From NCBI RefSeq assembly GCF_001194135.2, contig NC_068984.1, forward strand, positions 49,537,537 through 49,601,536: a stretch of DNA of 64,000 nt. The letters run 5' to 3'. Source of the stretch: Octopus bimaculoides (Eukaryota). Under the pieces are notes generated by a model. The model ran no database searches. It saw nothing but the letters and a program-made list of their open reading frames with translations, and had not been told where the DNA came from. A program made the translations under genes and the position numbers. Below are positions 39,355 through 52,281 of the stretch, piece by piece (the first letter of the stretch is position 1; every line of letters begins with the position of its first letter).

Positions 39355-40134
39355 CTTCATCATCATTTAATGTCTGCTTTCCATGCTGGCATGGGTTAGA
39401 CGGTTTGACTGAAACTGGTAACCTGGAGAGCTGCACCAAGTTCCAGTCTGACTTGGCATGGTTTTTACAGCTGGATGCCTTTCCTAATGCCAACCACTCC
39501 TAGAGAGTAATGGATGCTTTTTACATGCCACTAGCACAAGTGCCAGTTATGTGATACCTGCATTGGTCACAACTATGATTTCACTTGACTTCTCAAGCAT
39601 AGTGTATTGCCAAAAGTCCCAGTCACTCATCACCTCCGTGAGGCCCAACATTCGAAGGGTGTTTTTTATGTGTCACTGGCATAGGATGCCTGTTATATGA
39701 CATGGCATCAGCCACGATTATAGTATCACTTGGCTTGATGGATCTTCTCAAGCATGGCATATCACCAAAAGTTTCAGTCATTTGTCATTGCCTCTGTGAG
39801 GTCAAACACTCAAAGATCGTGCTTCACCACCTTGTCCCATGTCTTCCTGGGTCAACCTTTTCCACAGGTTCCCTTCACAGTTAGAGATCAGCACATTTTT
39901 ACACAGCTGTTCTCTATATGCATCACATAACCATACCTGCACACTTGTCTCTCTTATACACTACGTCTGATGCCTCTTATGCCCAGCTTTTTTCTCAAGA
40001 TGCTTACACTTTGTTGTATATACACACTGACATTTTATATCCAACAAAGCATACTAGCTTCATTTCTTTCAATTCTACACATACCCTCAGCAATCACAGC
40101 CCATGTTTCATGGCCATGAGCCAGCGCTCTTGCA

Positions 40135-40140
<6 letters not shown>
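39355..40140 (-). mobile_element. RTE-X LINE 3' portion with UTR and (GAT)n tail
   Basis: Minus strand: RIERNEASML...LEKKLGIRGIRRSV...GTCGKG.PRKTWDKVV, then a duplicated 3'-UTR motif and the shared tail. Confidence 0.8.
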
Positions 40141-40196
<56 letters not shown>

Positions 40197-40611
40197 TCCT
40201 CATCATCATTTTCCACCTGCTTTTCATGCCTGCATGGGTTGAATGGTTCCTCATGAACTGAGTTATTTTTTTATTGAAGTTACTCAAGTATATTGTTGAG
40301 AGAGGGTGGTAAGGTAGAGACTAACAGAGACAGTGTTAGGGAAATGGTCAGCGGAGAAAAATGCAATGTCAGAGGAAATCAGAGAAATTCAGAAAGTGAT
40401 ATGAATGATGGTGTGGATTGAGTAGGAAATGCATTGCTACCCATGTTATGAGTGGGAAGAGTGGTGCACGAAAGAGAAATAAGATGATGATGGATACGAT
40501 GACAGAGAGCCAGAGTATGTCCTCAAGGTAACATATCTAAAAGAGCATGGTAACAGAAGAACCAGGGAAGGTTAGAGTGACAGAGACAGAGAGAGAGAGA
40601 GATAACTAGAC

Positions 40612-41040
40612 AGGCACAGGTATGGCCATGTGGTTCATTAGTTAATTTCCAAACCATATGGGTTAGGATTCATTGCCACTGCGTAGATACATTTGGCTGC
40701 TATCCTCTACTATAATCACAGGTTAATCAATACATTGTAGGTGAGATTTAGTAGAAAGAAACTGGTAGAAGCCCATAGTATGTGTGCGTCTCTACCTATG
40801 CATGTGTGTGTGTGCGTATATGTGTTTGCATATTGTCCGTGCCCAGACATAAGCATGGTAATTATAAACAAAAGTCACTATCATACAAATAGTGTGAGTT
40901 GTTTACAGTCCTCTACAAAAGCATGTATGACTATTGAGCTGTTCCTTGTTGGAAGGACAGGACAAAATATTACCTAACTTGCAAACAGGCAAGGGTTGAT
41001 GATAGGATAAGCATTTGCCTGGAGAAAAATTTGCTTCAAC
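40612..41040 (+). mobile_element. SINE family B variant with an alternative 3' tail
   Basis: TGGCCATGTGGT...GATTTAGTAGAAAGAAACTGGTAGAAGCCC...(TG)n. The tail AAATATTACCTAACTTGCAAACAGGCAAGGGTTG is also seen at 5990-6090. Confidence 0.7.
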
Positions 41041-41459
41041 AAGAGCAAGAATTAAAATGATAATGATGATGATATATATGTATCATCTAAAATGTCTGAA
41101 CTTTATTTCTTGTAAATTCTGTGCTTCCTTTAATTACCTCAAGATTAATTTAATTTGTTATTATATTTTCATTAAAATTTAATTCCTTGGATAGTCATAA
41201 AATTTTGATTTCATTTGACTGAGTCCAAGGTCATTCCCTGCAGGATAAGTCTGTAGTAGAACAAAATGACTTCAAAGTGCTTTTATTATTTTATTGTTAG
41301 TTTGGATGATGAGAAACTAGTCACCTCTGTGGGACATTAAATTTGAAATTTTGTCGGACTCTAATATATTGAATACATTTTTATGCTTTATTGTATAAAA
41401 GAATATTTCAGACTGTTTTAATTTTTAAATCTAAAAATTATTTAATTTCTTTTGCTTAG

Positions 41460-41593
41460 ATATTCCGCTGTGAGGAAGAGGGATGTCGTTATACTTGTAT
41501 CCGTCGTATGAGTCTGATTCAGCACAAGTCCAAGCATGTCAAGGAAAAGCAATATTCCTGTGAGTACTGTGGAAAAAGGATGAAAACAGCAGT
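41460..41593 (+). CDS. C2H2 zinc-finger gene, coding exon 2 (finger 7 and first half of finger 8); not in the ORF track
   Basis: Acceptor tttgcttAG 41458-41459. Reads IFRCEEEGCRYTCIRRMSLIQHKSKHVKEKQYSCEYCGKRMKTA in phase 0, matching exon 1. Donor GTAAGT at 41594, phase 2. Confidence 0.92.
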
Positions 41594-41839
41594 GTAAGTA
41601 TAGTATATCAGTAATGTTTCTATTATTTGTTATCATAGTATTCATTCTCTTTGTTTTCACCCTCTTTTTTATTTATTTATTTATATTTAGTATCTTGCAT
41701 TCTATTTATTGCTAACATTTCTTTCTGAACTCTTCTTTCAGATTTCAAACTTCAATTATTATTTTCCCATTAATTCAGTGATGATGTCTGATTTAAATTT
41801 TATTATAATGGTTTTATTTATTTATTTCTTTTATTTTAT

Positions 41840-41970
41840 TTATTATACATATATTATACATATATTACATATATTTATTATACATATATTATACATATAT
41901 TATACATATATTACATATATTTATTATACATATATTATACATATATTATACATATATTTATTATACATAT
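41840..41970. repeat. 11-bp (TATTATACATA)n tandem array with periodic variants
   Basis: Directly visible; abuts the RTE-tail element at 41971. Confidence 0.85.
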
Positions 41971-42151
41971 GCCGGTGGCACATAAAAGCACCCACTACAC
42001 TCTCGGAGTGGTTGGCGTTAGAAACTCTGTAGAAACTCTACCAAATCAGATTGGATCCTGGTGTAGCCATCTGGTTCACAAGTCCTCAGTCAAATTGTCC
42101 AACCCATGCTAACATGGAAAGTGGACGTTAAATGATGATGATGATGATGAC
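41971..42151 (+). mobile_element. RTE 3'-tail family (short copies ending in (GAT)n), young copy
   Basis: GGTGGCACATAAAAGCACC...GTGGTTGGCGTTAG...GTCCAACCCATGCTAACATGGAAAGTGGACGTTAAATGATGATG. Related copies lie at about 4556-4696, 6225-6420, 13845-14025, 15465-15600(-), 23050-23280, 27250-27390, 30880-31130, 38320-38580(-) and 39355-39560(-). Confidence 0.8.
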
Positions 42152-44302
42152 TATGTATTAGATAGTAGTGCTTACTCATCATGGGATCCTTTTTGAGGCA
42201 ATATTTTACACCTGATGCCATTCATATATCTACCTGCTTTGTCACCTTGTATGAAAAGCAGAAAAAAAGTGTATTTATTCTAACTTGAGACTCACATAAT
42301 GAGAAGGCAAATAGGTAGAAGAAATGGATAGAAGTAAAAGATATGAAGGTTAATAATGGAACGATAGTGATGGCAAGTGGTAAAGAATGTAATGTGATAG
42401 AAAGAATAAGGAAGTAGTTATTTGCTGTATGCAGAAAGGGTATTGCAGTACAATCAATTAGATGCACAGAATTCATTGGCTGGGAGGCATTGGAAATGTA
42501 GTAGAGAGAAGGTTAGTATCTAACATGGATCTAATTTTAACTGTAAGATGTCTAAAGAAGTAATGGCAAGTGAAGAGAGAGTGGATCTGGATTTTAGAAA
42601 TATGAAGAGGGAATGTGTATAAATATTTCTTACCTAAGATGTTGTTGAATGGAGTAGGTGGATCAAATTTAGTAATGGTAGATAGAGCAATGTGCATATA
42701 AGATTTTCCAAGGCTGAATGATTTATTAATGGGAAGTATCACATGCTTGTGAAGTCTGTAACTTAAGGTAGTGAAACAGGAATATTAAACAGTAGGGTTG
42801 GTTGGAAAGAATAGAAATGAGAATAGTTTGATGGAGGAATAGAATATTATGGAAAGAAAGGAAGACAAACAATGACTTGCAGAGACTGACAGGAATAAAG
42901 CTAGTGATAGTTGTTTTGAAGAAAAATGGGATGATAAAATGTGCTGAAGAAGGATGAAGTAACTGAGTGAGTGGAATGATGGAAATTAACGTGGAAGGAA
43001 GTAGAAGGAGGAAACTGAAAAAGGTATAGAAAAAGAAATTATGGAGAAGGAAATATCAATAAAAGGACTGGTAAAAAAGGATGTAAAGAATAAAGCAAAA
43101 TGGGAAAGACTGACATGGGACCTCTGCAAGGCGAGCATTTGCTTTAACAGAGATAATAGCCTTAAACCATTTATTGTTGTTGTAGTGTTTACCAAGGTAT
43201 TTTGCTCAGCTAAAATATCAATGAAGTTTTGCATTTTTCTTTTTCTTTTTGTCTGCGTTAGTTACTTTTTACAAGTTATGACTATTAAAGCTACAAAGAT
43301 GCCAATTTATCATTCTTCTTATTCACCTTTTCAATTTTCCTTTTTGTAATTAGGATGCTAAGCACTTCTTATTTGTTAATTTAGCTACAAGAGAAGTGAA
43401 TAGCACCCTTGACTTTTGCAGGTGTTCACAGACTGGTAAAGTTACTGTATATTAGTAACAGTCTACATATAGTAATAAGAACAAGCCTAATCATAATTTC
43501 AAGTTAATTATCTATATAAATAAATGTGAAATTCTGTGTGTGTCTGCATGGCTTCCTGGCTTATAGACAAAGGAGATAACTCTCTCTAGAGCCTCTCAAC
43601 CAAAAAATGCAATGTATACATATATATATTTATACAAATAAATGCAAATTTCTACATCACTTCCTGACTAATAGACTCAAACCCCAGGGCTGAGTCTATA
43701 CAAATGGTTTTTATTTGGAATCTGGGTAACCCAGAGAGTGTTTCTATGCTACTTTGATCCACCAATCTGTGGCACAAATTCAGCCCACCTTATAACACCT
43801 TTAGGTCTTACAGGCAGCAAAATGTGAACTAAGAAGTGTAACAGTGGAAGCAGAAGTATAGAGAGCAAGCAGCAGGATATTGATTGGAAAATACAATACT
43901 TGACTTATTCAAAAATCAGCAGACATGCAGTGAGAATAATTAACATTTTTGTACTCCATTAACTTTTATTCAGTACAGTAAAGAACTTCTCATGTTAGTT
44001 GTTATAAATCAAATCCTTTCCCTCCAAACGAAATCCATAGAACATGAAATAATAGCACATTTCCTCATGTTTAGTGTATTCTCCAAAAAGAAAATGTTCT
44101 TTTATATAATGTGTCAAGCAGGTATTAGAAGTCAAATTAAAATGAGTAAACAGTCAAAATTTTATTTTTCATTGAAATGACATTTGGAATGTTGTACATA
44201 TCAATATAAGAGTAGAAAAATCGCAAAGATTAATAGTGAGGAGAAATGGTATTTTGAAAAGTAAGTGAAAAATGCCAGAATAGCAAAAACATGGGTTCCT
44301 GC

Positions 44303-44459
44303 AAAAAGATCCTGTGAGGATCCGGTTAAAAAATATCTTGTGGAGATCTGGTTAAAAAAGATTCCGTGAAGATCTGGTTAAAAAAGATCCCATGAAGATC
44401 TGGTTAAAAAAAGATCCCATGAAGATCTGGTTATAAAAAGATCCTGTGAAGTTTTGGCT
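44303..44459. repeat. Minisatellite, 6 units of ~26 bp
   Basis: Consensus AAAAAAGATCCYRTGAAGATCTGGTT. Units start at 44303, 44328, 44354, 44380, 44406 and 44433. Confidence 0.92.
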
Positions 44460-44929
44460 CAACATGACCTGGTGAAGTTTTTGATTGGACAAATCCCCAA
44501 AAGTCTGCATTACTAAGTTTTGACTTGATAAATTTTTGCATGATAAATCTTATTTATTCAAATTTATTCAAAGAATTAATGATGTTGTGCCATGTCTTCT
44601 TTTTTATAGGTTCTTAAATTTTTACAATCTTTAGGCTGAAGGTTCAGTAACCCTCTGTTGAAGCTAGACTAAAAGTTTTCCTGGAAGGTGGCTTCTTGGC
44701 TGATATTTTTAAAACCCACTTTTTTTTCCAGTTGTCTATTAATTATTTATTTTATATCACATGATTATCATTATGAGTCTTCTCTCTTTTAACAATATAG
44801 ATTAAAATAAAATCTCTTATTTCCATTGAAATTCCATGTTCCTGACAATACTTTTATGAAATGTTTTTTGAATAGTGGAATGAGGGATGATGTAAGTAGC
44901 AAAAAAAAAAAGAAATGTTAAATGTTTAA

Positions 44930-45900
44930 TCAAATTATGATCATATGATCCATTTCAAGCAACAGTCTTTTTCCAATGGTTTCTAATATAATATGCCTTC
45001 TCAATAAAACTCTTTAAGTTGAACAGTTACAGATCCAGTAAAAGTACTTAATTTTTTTAGTATTCAATCTTTTATTATGGATATAAACTCATAATACTTG
45101 GAACAGTGATGATCTGCTGACAAAGTGTCAAGTGAATATGGAACAACACTGCAACATATTCCAACTCTCTAAGCTTTAGTGCTATTAATTGAAAAGTGTA
45201 GTGTCTGGCATGATCATTGGAATAATATTGGTTGTTTACTATTAACCAATACAAGCTGTTTGAGAGCTAATTGTGAATGTCTTTGTGTAATCAATTGGCA
45301 GTGTAACTGGGCCTTAATTATTACCTCAGATTCCCAAAATGAGAAATTGACAATCCCTCATGTCCACCAAGCTGTAACTATAAACGTTTTTCTTTGGGAA
45401 GCAGGTGTGTTGTGTACAGTAGCCTAACTTTCTTCAGACATCTTTCTGTCATTTTATAATACCACTTTTCATCACAGGTCACGATATATTTCAAAATCAG
45501 ATCCCTGTCACAGTGAATGACAAGCATTAAATAGATCTGAAGATGATTATGATTTCATTCAGTTCATCTTGGATCTATTTCTGTAACTTTTTAAATCTTT
45601 CATATTGCCTTGAGATGCTATGCTTTGACGTGGGTACTGTAAAAGTGCCAAAGTCTTTAACAAGTGCTTGAATCATTGTTCTTGAATAGTTTTCCATTTC
45701 TTTTGCCAAGTCTTCAACATTAAGAACAGGTTTAGACTTCCCTTGTATTAATTTCCAGAACTAAACTTGCTAAGCAAATGTGGAACAGTTTACACTGTTC
45801 TCTCCAAACACTGAACCAATGTTAGCATCTTGAGTAGATTTATACCCTAATTTAAACTCGTATATGAACATTATTGTAAATTCTTCAGTAGGCACTACTG
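44930..45900 (-). mobile_element. Highly degenerate mariner transposase
   Basis: MFIYEFKLG (ATG at 45871), IVTCDEKW (45462-45486), LVNSKQPILFQ (cf. LVNRKGPILLHDN), LKLRELEY...PYS. Confidence 0.8.
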
Positions 45901-47205
45901 CTGTTAGGAGCCCAAAAACTTTCAATAATAGCATAATTAATGCTATTGATCATGATGAATGTTTCATAATTAGTGTCATTCAACATAATGTAAAAACAAA
46001 AAGACATTTCAGGAATAACAGCCCTCCAAGGAGACAATTTTCTTCTCAGTCCTAACTTTTAAGTACTTTCTATTTGAAGGACTTTCATTATTCAGTTTTC
46101 CTTCTTTCATGACACCATTATTGGTAGTATTGGACGGCACTGAACCTAACTATAAAATTTTAATTCTATTTACAACTTGGTACTATGATTAAATTTTTAT
46201 TGGCTCTTCTAAAATTGTATGCATTTATCCAACATTCTACTTTTCTAAAAATTTGGATTTAATTTCACCCTTACATATTGTGTAAATTGAAAGAAACCAC
46301 ATTATTTAGTTTTCTTTTGGTGGTGTTTATAAGTTTTCTTTTCAGAACAGTGAAAAAGAAAAATATTTCCAAAAACTTTGTTAATTTCAGGATAAATGAG
46401 ACAAGTCCTTGAAGATCATGTTTTGAAATATTGTTAGTCATTCACCAGTACCTATTAAGACACAATCAAATCACATTTGTAATATTCTGATTTTGTTCTA
46501 CAGTTTCTTGTATGAGTTTTACATATCTAATATGAGCATTTCTATTAAATTAGTGTCATTTCTTGTATGTATTTAATTCAAATATCTTTATGTGTATTTT
46601 CTCAATTAATTTGTCAATAGTAATTTATCTTTATATAACAAAGCAAATAAATTGCTATAGATTAGTTTGAAAAGGATCTAATTTGTAATTTAATTTTAGA
46701 ATGTTATTTCTGTTTAAATTGAACTGCTATTTCTTGTTATTTAATTTGTTAATACTGAAACAAAATAATGTGAATCAATTGACAATGACCATATTCTCTT
46801 TTTTATTTATCTTAAGTTTGTCTTTGTTGCACAGTCTTAGAGTCATAAGCCTATTATTGGATTCTAAGAGAATATCATTAAAGAAATATTTAGGAATTAT
46901 GTAATTTTTAATTAACTTTTTTTATTATTATGTTACCATTAATTACATCAGCTCTTTCATAAAAAAAAACTGTTTCTTTCCTTTCTATTAATAACTTAGT
47001 ATTATTTTAAGCATCTCTTTATCCAAGTAAACTTGAATTACAATAGTTTATAAATATGAATTGAATTAGCAGAGTTAATTAGAAATTTTTGTAGAAGTTG
47101 ATTGAATAATTTTATCCATATTAATTAATCCATATTCATTAATTTACAAGCATATCTATATTAAAGTAATGAAATATTATAAAGTACAATTTTCTTTATT
47201 TGCAG

Positions 47206-47396
47206 AACCTTACGGAAACATGTCAGTAAAATTCACTTGAATATCCGTCCGTATTTGTGTCAAATGTGCGCTCAAGCATTTGGTGAGGATAGTGAGCTCC
47301 AATCTCATATCAAACAAAGACATACTTCTCATGATGAAAAAGATTTCTTTTGTCAGTTTTGTCCTTACGCTACTTCCAATAAGTACTCATATCAGA
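47206..47396 (+). CDS. C2H2 zinc-finger gene, coding exon 3 (end of finger 8, finger 9, most of finger 10)
   Basis: Acceptor tttatttgcAG 47204-47205. GT+A completes Val, then TLRKHVSKIHLNIRPYLCQMCAQAFGEDSELQSHIKQRH...FFCQFCPYATSNKYSYQ. Donor GTAAGT at 47397, phase 1. Confidence 0.93.
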
Positions 47397-50300
47397 GTAA
47401 GTATATTTTCTTCCAAACAATTTTTCTTATGACATTTTATTATTCATTCATTTTGCCCTTCTGCAAGTACTACATCATCCCTGCCAAAGTAAGATATTAT
47501 TATTCATTGTATTTAATAATAATAATTTATTGACCTTATGTTCATTTCAGTTGTTGAATATGCAGAGCTTAATATTCTAGTTTTAATTTTTGATCACTTA
47601 GTGTCTTTAGTACAGTAGAAGTAAAAAATAAGCTTTTCAAAAGCCAAATTTAAAACTTAATTTTTCAGTCCTTTTATTCATTTCTGTTGTAAGGCCTTAT
47701 ACCTATGAAAAAAAAAACATAATCAATGATTAATTAGTATATAAATTTATTTATAGCATTTGCTTTTTAGTTAATATTGGTTCTTTTGAAATAACTTAGA
47801 ATATATCAAAACTGAGTTTCTTTAATTTACATCTACTCTAGTACTAAATAGGATGTCATGTAAATAAATATAAACATAGTTCGTGTTCCAGGGGTAGCCT
47901 TCAACTTTTCCCATCCAAGGGTTATTTTTTAACCCAATATTCTACACACTATTATTTCTAGCTTTATTTAGTTCTTGTTTCAGCATCAATAACACATTAT
48001 TTAGAAACCTAGTATTCTAAGTTCCATCTGTTTCCATTTTCCTGTCTTGTTATTTGTTTTTCCATAATCTTCTGACAGTGACTTTTAGTGCATTGTATTT
48101 TACTTCTGAAACATATTAGCAAACATTTCACTGAATTCCATCTATTATCCTAGCAACATTTTTCTTGTCACTTTAGAATTATAAATAACAAAACATAATC
48201 TGTTTCTATAATACCCTGGTTTTTTGCATTGTTTCATTTTGTTTTGGATTATTTTTTACTCTTAAATACTTTTGTGTACTTTGAATAATGGGTTTGCAAT
48301 CTAACAGGATTGGCCATCTTTCATAGTTTTATGGTCACTAGCATCTTAAAACATACTATAGTCACTTCATTCTTCCTTTCAAGGTTCAATATTTTTTATT
48401 CTTTATTGAAGAATTTGATAGTTCTCTTGGGCTGAATATGTTGCATATATTTTTTATTTCTCCCCAAAATATAGTCGAGTGGGATATTGAATTTTTTTGA
48501 ATAGCACCACCCAATTACAATATTTTTAATATAGATGTATACAGGCCTCTGACATATACAGGTCTCTGGTCAGAAAAATATTTTTAAAATAATGATATAT
48601 GTTGGTCTTTCATAAAATTAGTATACATAAAGTAATGACATATGCAGGTCTTTCATCAGAAAAGAAGTCTTAGAATAATGTCATCTTGATCAGATAAAAA
48701 TGCTTAAAATAATGACAAATAAAGGTCTTTAACCATATATGAATTTAAGATTTATATTTTCAAATGTATGTCCCATTATAAAATATTTCAGAGTATTTCA
48801 TTTAAAAAAAAAACAATCAGTGCAGTAAATTCTGAACTCCATATCTCCAAGATCTATTTGAACAATATGCTTTAAAAGCCATTAGGAATAACAGTAGCTG
48901 TTGTTTTATAAAACCAAATCATTGGTAAATTATTACAACAGCAAAACTGATCACTAGAAACAAGAAGCAAAAGGGTAATGAAATTAATGACCAGGAAATG
49001 AGGATGATTATGATGATTGTACTCAAGCTAATTAGGAAGCGAATTAACATATATCTAGGTACATAGGTTTTGTAATTTACTACAAAGAAAATATTTTCCA
49101 TGACACAAAAAATTTACTTGGTTAATCTTGAAAAGTTATTTCATAGTAGAGTAGCTCTATTTGCAGAAAAACTTGCTGTACAAATATATGTATTATCAGA
49201 TAACTGATAAATATTGCTGTCATCATCATTATTGGCAGTATTTTAACGTACATTATTTCATTGGTTTGCAATCAAGCAGATTTTCTTGCGACATGTTTTA
49301 ATATCTCTAGGTTTTATTCAGATTTACCTATAACACCATAGTTATCCATCACTAGGTCACAATGTTTTTTTTTTCATTTCTTATCATCTATATAAGACAA
49401 TTTAATGTAATTTAATGGGTAAAGAAAACTGTAGGATGAAATAAATGTTGTATGAAGATTTCAATACTAAAGAAACTGGACTAAAGTATGATTGTTACTG
49501 GTAATATATTCAATATAATATCTAACTTAGTATTCTCCAAAGATCTTGTCTTTATTTCCAGCTTTCCATCCTAGTTTTTAAATCCATAATGTGTGTTCTT
49601 ATTCAGACATCTCATATAGAGAAAATCAAAAGTAATTTAAATCTTACAGTAACAGACTGATGTTTATATTTAAGATAAGATATTACAATGATAATGAAAA
49701 TAATATCTGTGTATAAGGAATAGTTGGGAATTCAGGATAAGTAAAACTTGTAAGGAAATATAGTTGCTGCAGATAGAACATACTTACAATCAGCTGATAG
49801 AACAGCTGTGATAGGTCAGATGTGATAGAACATACTTACAATCAAAAGCATTCTAATCTTAACAAACCCATATTTTCAGATAGTATACCTTGCACAAATT
49901 ATGTAGCATACCTTTCCTTTTTTAAAAGATGGTAGCCCATGATTTTGCAAGATATTTGGCTACTGATTTTGCAGATCAAACAACCATGTAGAGTCTCCTT
50001 CACTAGCTCAAAGAAAGTTAGTTTAGAAGAGGTAAATAGAGTACTACTATTTGCAGAAAAATTAATAAACTGACAAATAAACATGACTGTCCTAAGATAG
50101 ATCATATATGTTGTCCTTTATCATCATCATCATTATCATTGTTGGTATTTTAACATATATCATTTCATGGACCTGCAATCTAGTATATTCACTCGCATCA
50201 TATTCTAATGTTTCTACATTTTAAATAACTATTTTTTTCTAGTTTTCAGAAATCTTTCTGCATATCATTTATATCCCATTACCATGTCATAGCAATATTC

Positions 50301-51102
50301 TTCTTTATCAATCGTTCATTTAATTATTGCTGTCTCTTTTATATACATCAATTAATGCCTCTTAAACCTTCTTATAAACTTACAATGCTGATTTCATGAG
50401 TATTTCTGAAGGGATTTCCTAATCACATTTCATTACCATAGAGTTTTATAAAAGTTCATAAATGGTATAGTCAGTCACTAAACTGCTAGGAATGAAACCA
50501 TATCAACTTCATTAAGAACAGCTGCAATAGCAGTGTGTGTTAAATCATCTATGTATTACTTATAATGACATGCATGAAATTAGTCTCATAACCTATAGTC
50601 ATCACTTGAAGACTCTGTATTCATTACGTACACCTATCTGATGGTTTCTCAAAATGACATTTCATTTTTAAATGTATTTCACATATTTTTTCAGAATGTG
50701 TATATGTTTAATTCTCATTTCTAAATTAAATCAGAATATCTTGAATTAAAGCAATTTTAAAATTGCAATTTTAGGAGTAATGATAATTTGCATTTGAAAT
50801 AATTCATGAATAATTTATTCATATAATCATTTTATAAGTAATACAGTTCATTTTATTTTCTGAAAGGTATTTGAATTTGAATGACAAATGAGATTTCATG
50901 TTTCAATTAAAATGGAAGTGAAGTTGTGACAAAATTAAACATTTCATATGTTAAAATATTGTAATTTGTTTTTAAATTTTGAATTCATAAAAAGAAAATC
51001 TATAATAAAACTTTTCGTTTTTTTATTTTTTATTTTTATGTTTCTTTATTTCAAATCTCTTGATTCAAGATACTTATTCATTTCTAAACAATATCGTTTC
51101 AG

Positions 51103-51653
51103 CGCACATGTACAGAGTGCATAAAACACGAGCCCCTGGGGATAATCGAGAGGAGTTCAAGTGTCCACATTGTGATTTTGTGACTATTTTTGGGCATCGT
51201 TACCGCATCCACATGAATAGTCACAATAACATTCGCCAGTATGTTTGTGAATTTTGCAGCAAGGCATTTGTGTCATCAAATAGTCTTCGTCGGCACAAAC
51301 TCTGGTTGCATTCCTCAGAGAGTTTGTCCTGTCCATTTTGCACATATGAAACAAAAACAAAGCAAAGCTTAAGCGTTCATGTGCGTACCCAGCACACAAT
51401 GAAAGGTGTGAAACCATACATGTGTCGCTATTGCGACTTCCGGTCAGCTACTGGTGGGAATTGCCGTAAACACATCATGAATAAACATAAAGGGCTTGAA
51501 GTTGAGTATGTTAAAGACACTACTCTGTTAGAAGCAGCTAAAGCTAGCCTTGATTCCATGGCCACTCAGTTCACTTCCATGTTCATGATGGATCACCCTG
51601 AAGATAGGTCAGTCAATTTCATTCAACAAAGAGATATTTCATCCATAAATTAA
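51103..51653 (+). CDS. C2H2 zinc-finger gene, terminal coding exon (end of finger 10, fingers 11-14, stop)
   Basis: Acceptor tttcAG 51101-51102. A+CG gives Thr, then HMYRVH completes finger 10, followed by four fingers (CPHC, CEFC, CPFC, CRYC). TAA ends at 51653. Spliced CDS is 1803+134+191+551 = 2679 nt = 892 aa + stop. Confidence 0.93.
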
Positions 51654-52164
51654 AAGGAAAGAAGATTTTAAAATTGTAGAAGAGCTGTAAGATTTATCAT
51701 GTTTGGCCTTTTGGTTTTCACAGAGCAAGTTAACTTGATATGCTTGCTGATCACTGTTGTTTTGTAAATAAGAATAGCATTCAGTGTAAAAATAACAACA
51801 CCAAAATTGGAACTTGTCATTGGCAATTTTTTTTTTTTTTTTTCATAATTAAGTATGCGTTTGTCTTAGTTTTAGCATATAAAGATAATTTTTTATTGAT
51901 TTAATTCCATCAAATGTTACAAAAGGTTACACAAATATATCATGTTATGTCTACTACTAAGTATATTATGTATTGATATTTGTAGATGTATTGAAGAATA
52001 TATATTTGTACTTTTACATTATTGTCTCAACTTTTTGTTGGTAGTTTTGTGAAGAAATTGCCTTTTGATCTCATTTATTTTTGTTTTGTTGTTGCTCTGG
52101 ATGGTTATGGGAAAATATAAATATTTTTTAAATCTTAGGCAACTATAAATCATATACATACATC

Positions 52165-52196
<32 letters not shown>

Positions 52197-52229
52197 CGTA
52201 TCCATACATACATATACGCATATATATAA

Positions 52230-52281
<52 letters not shown>

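Noticed and set aside
44303-44459. CRISPR-like array or Dam-site cluster
   Set aside because: Units are contiguous with no unique spacers, and the context is a eukaryotic intron.
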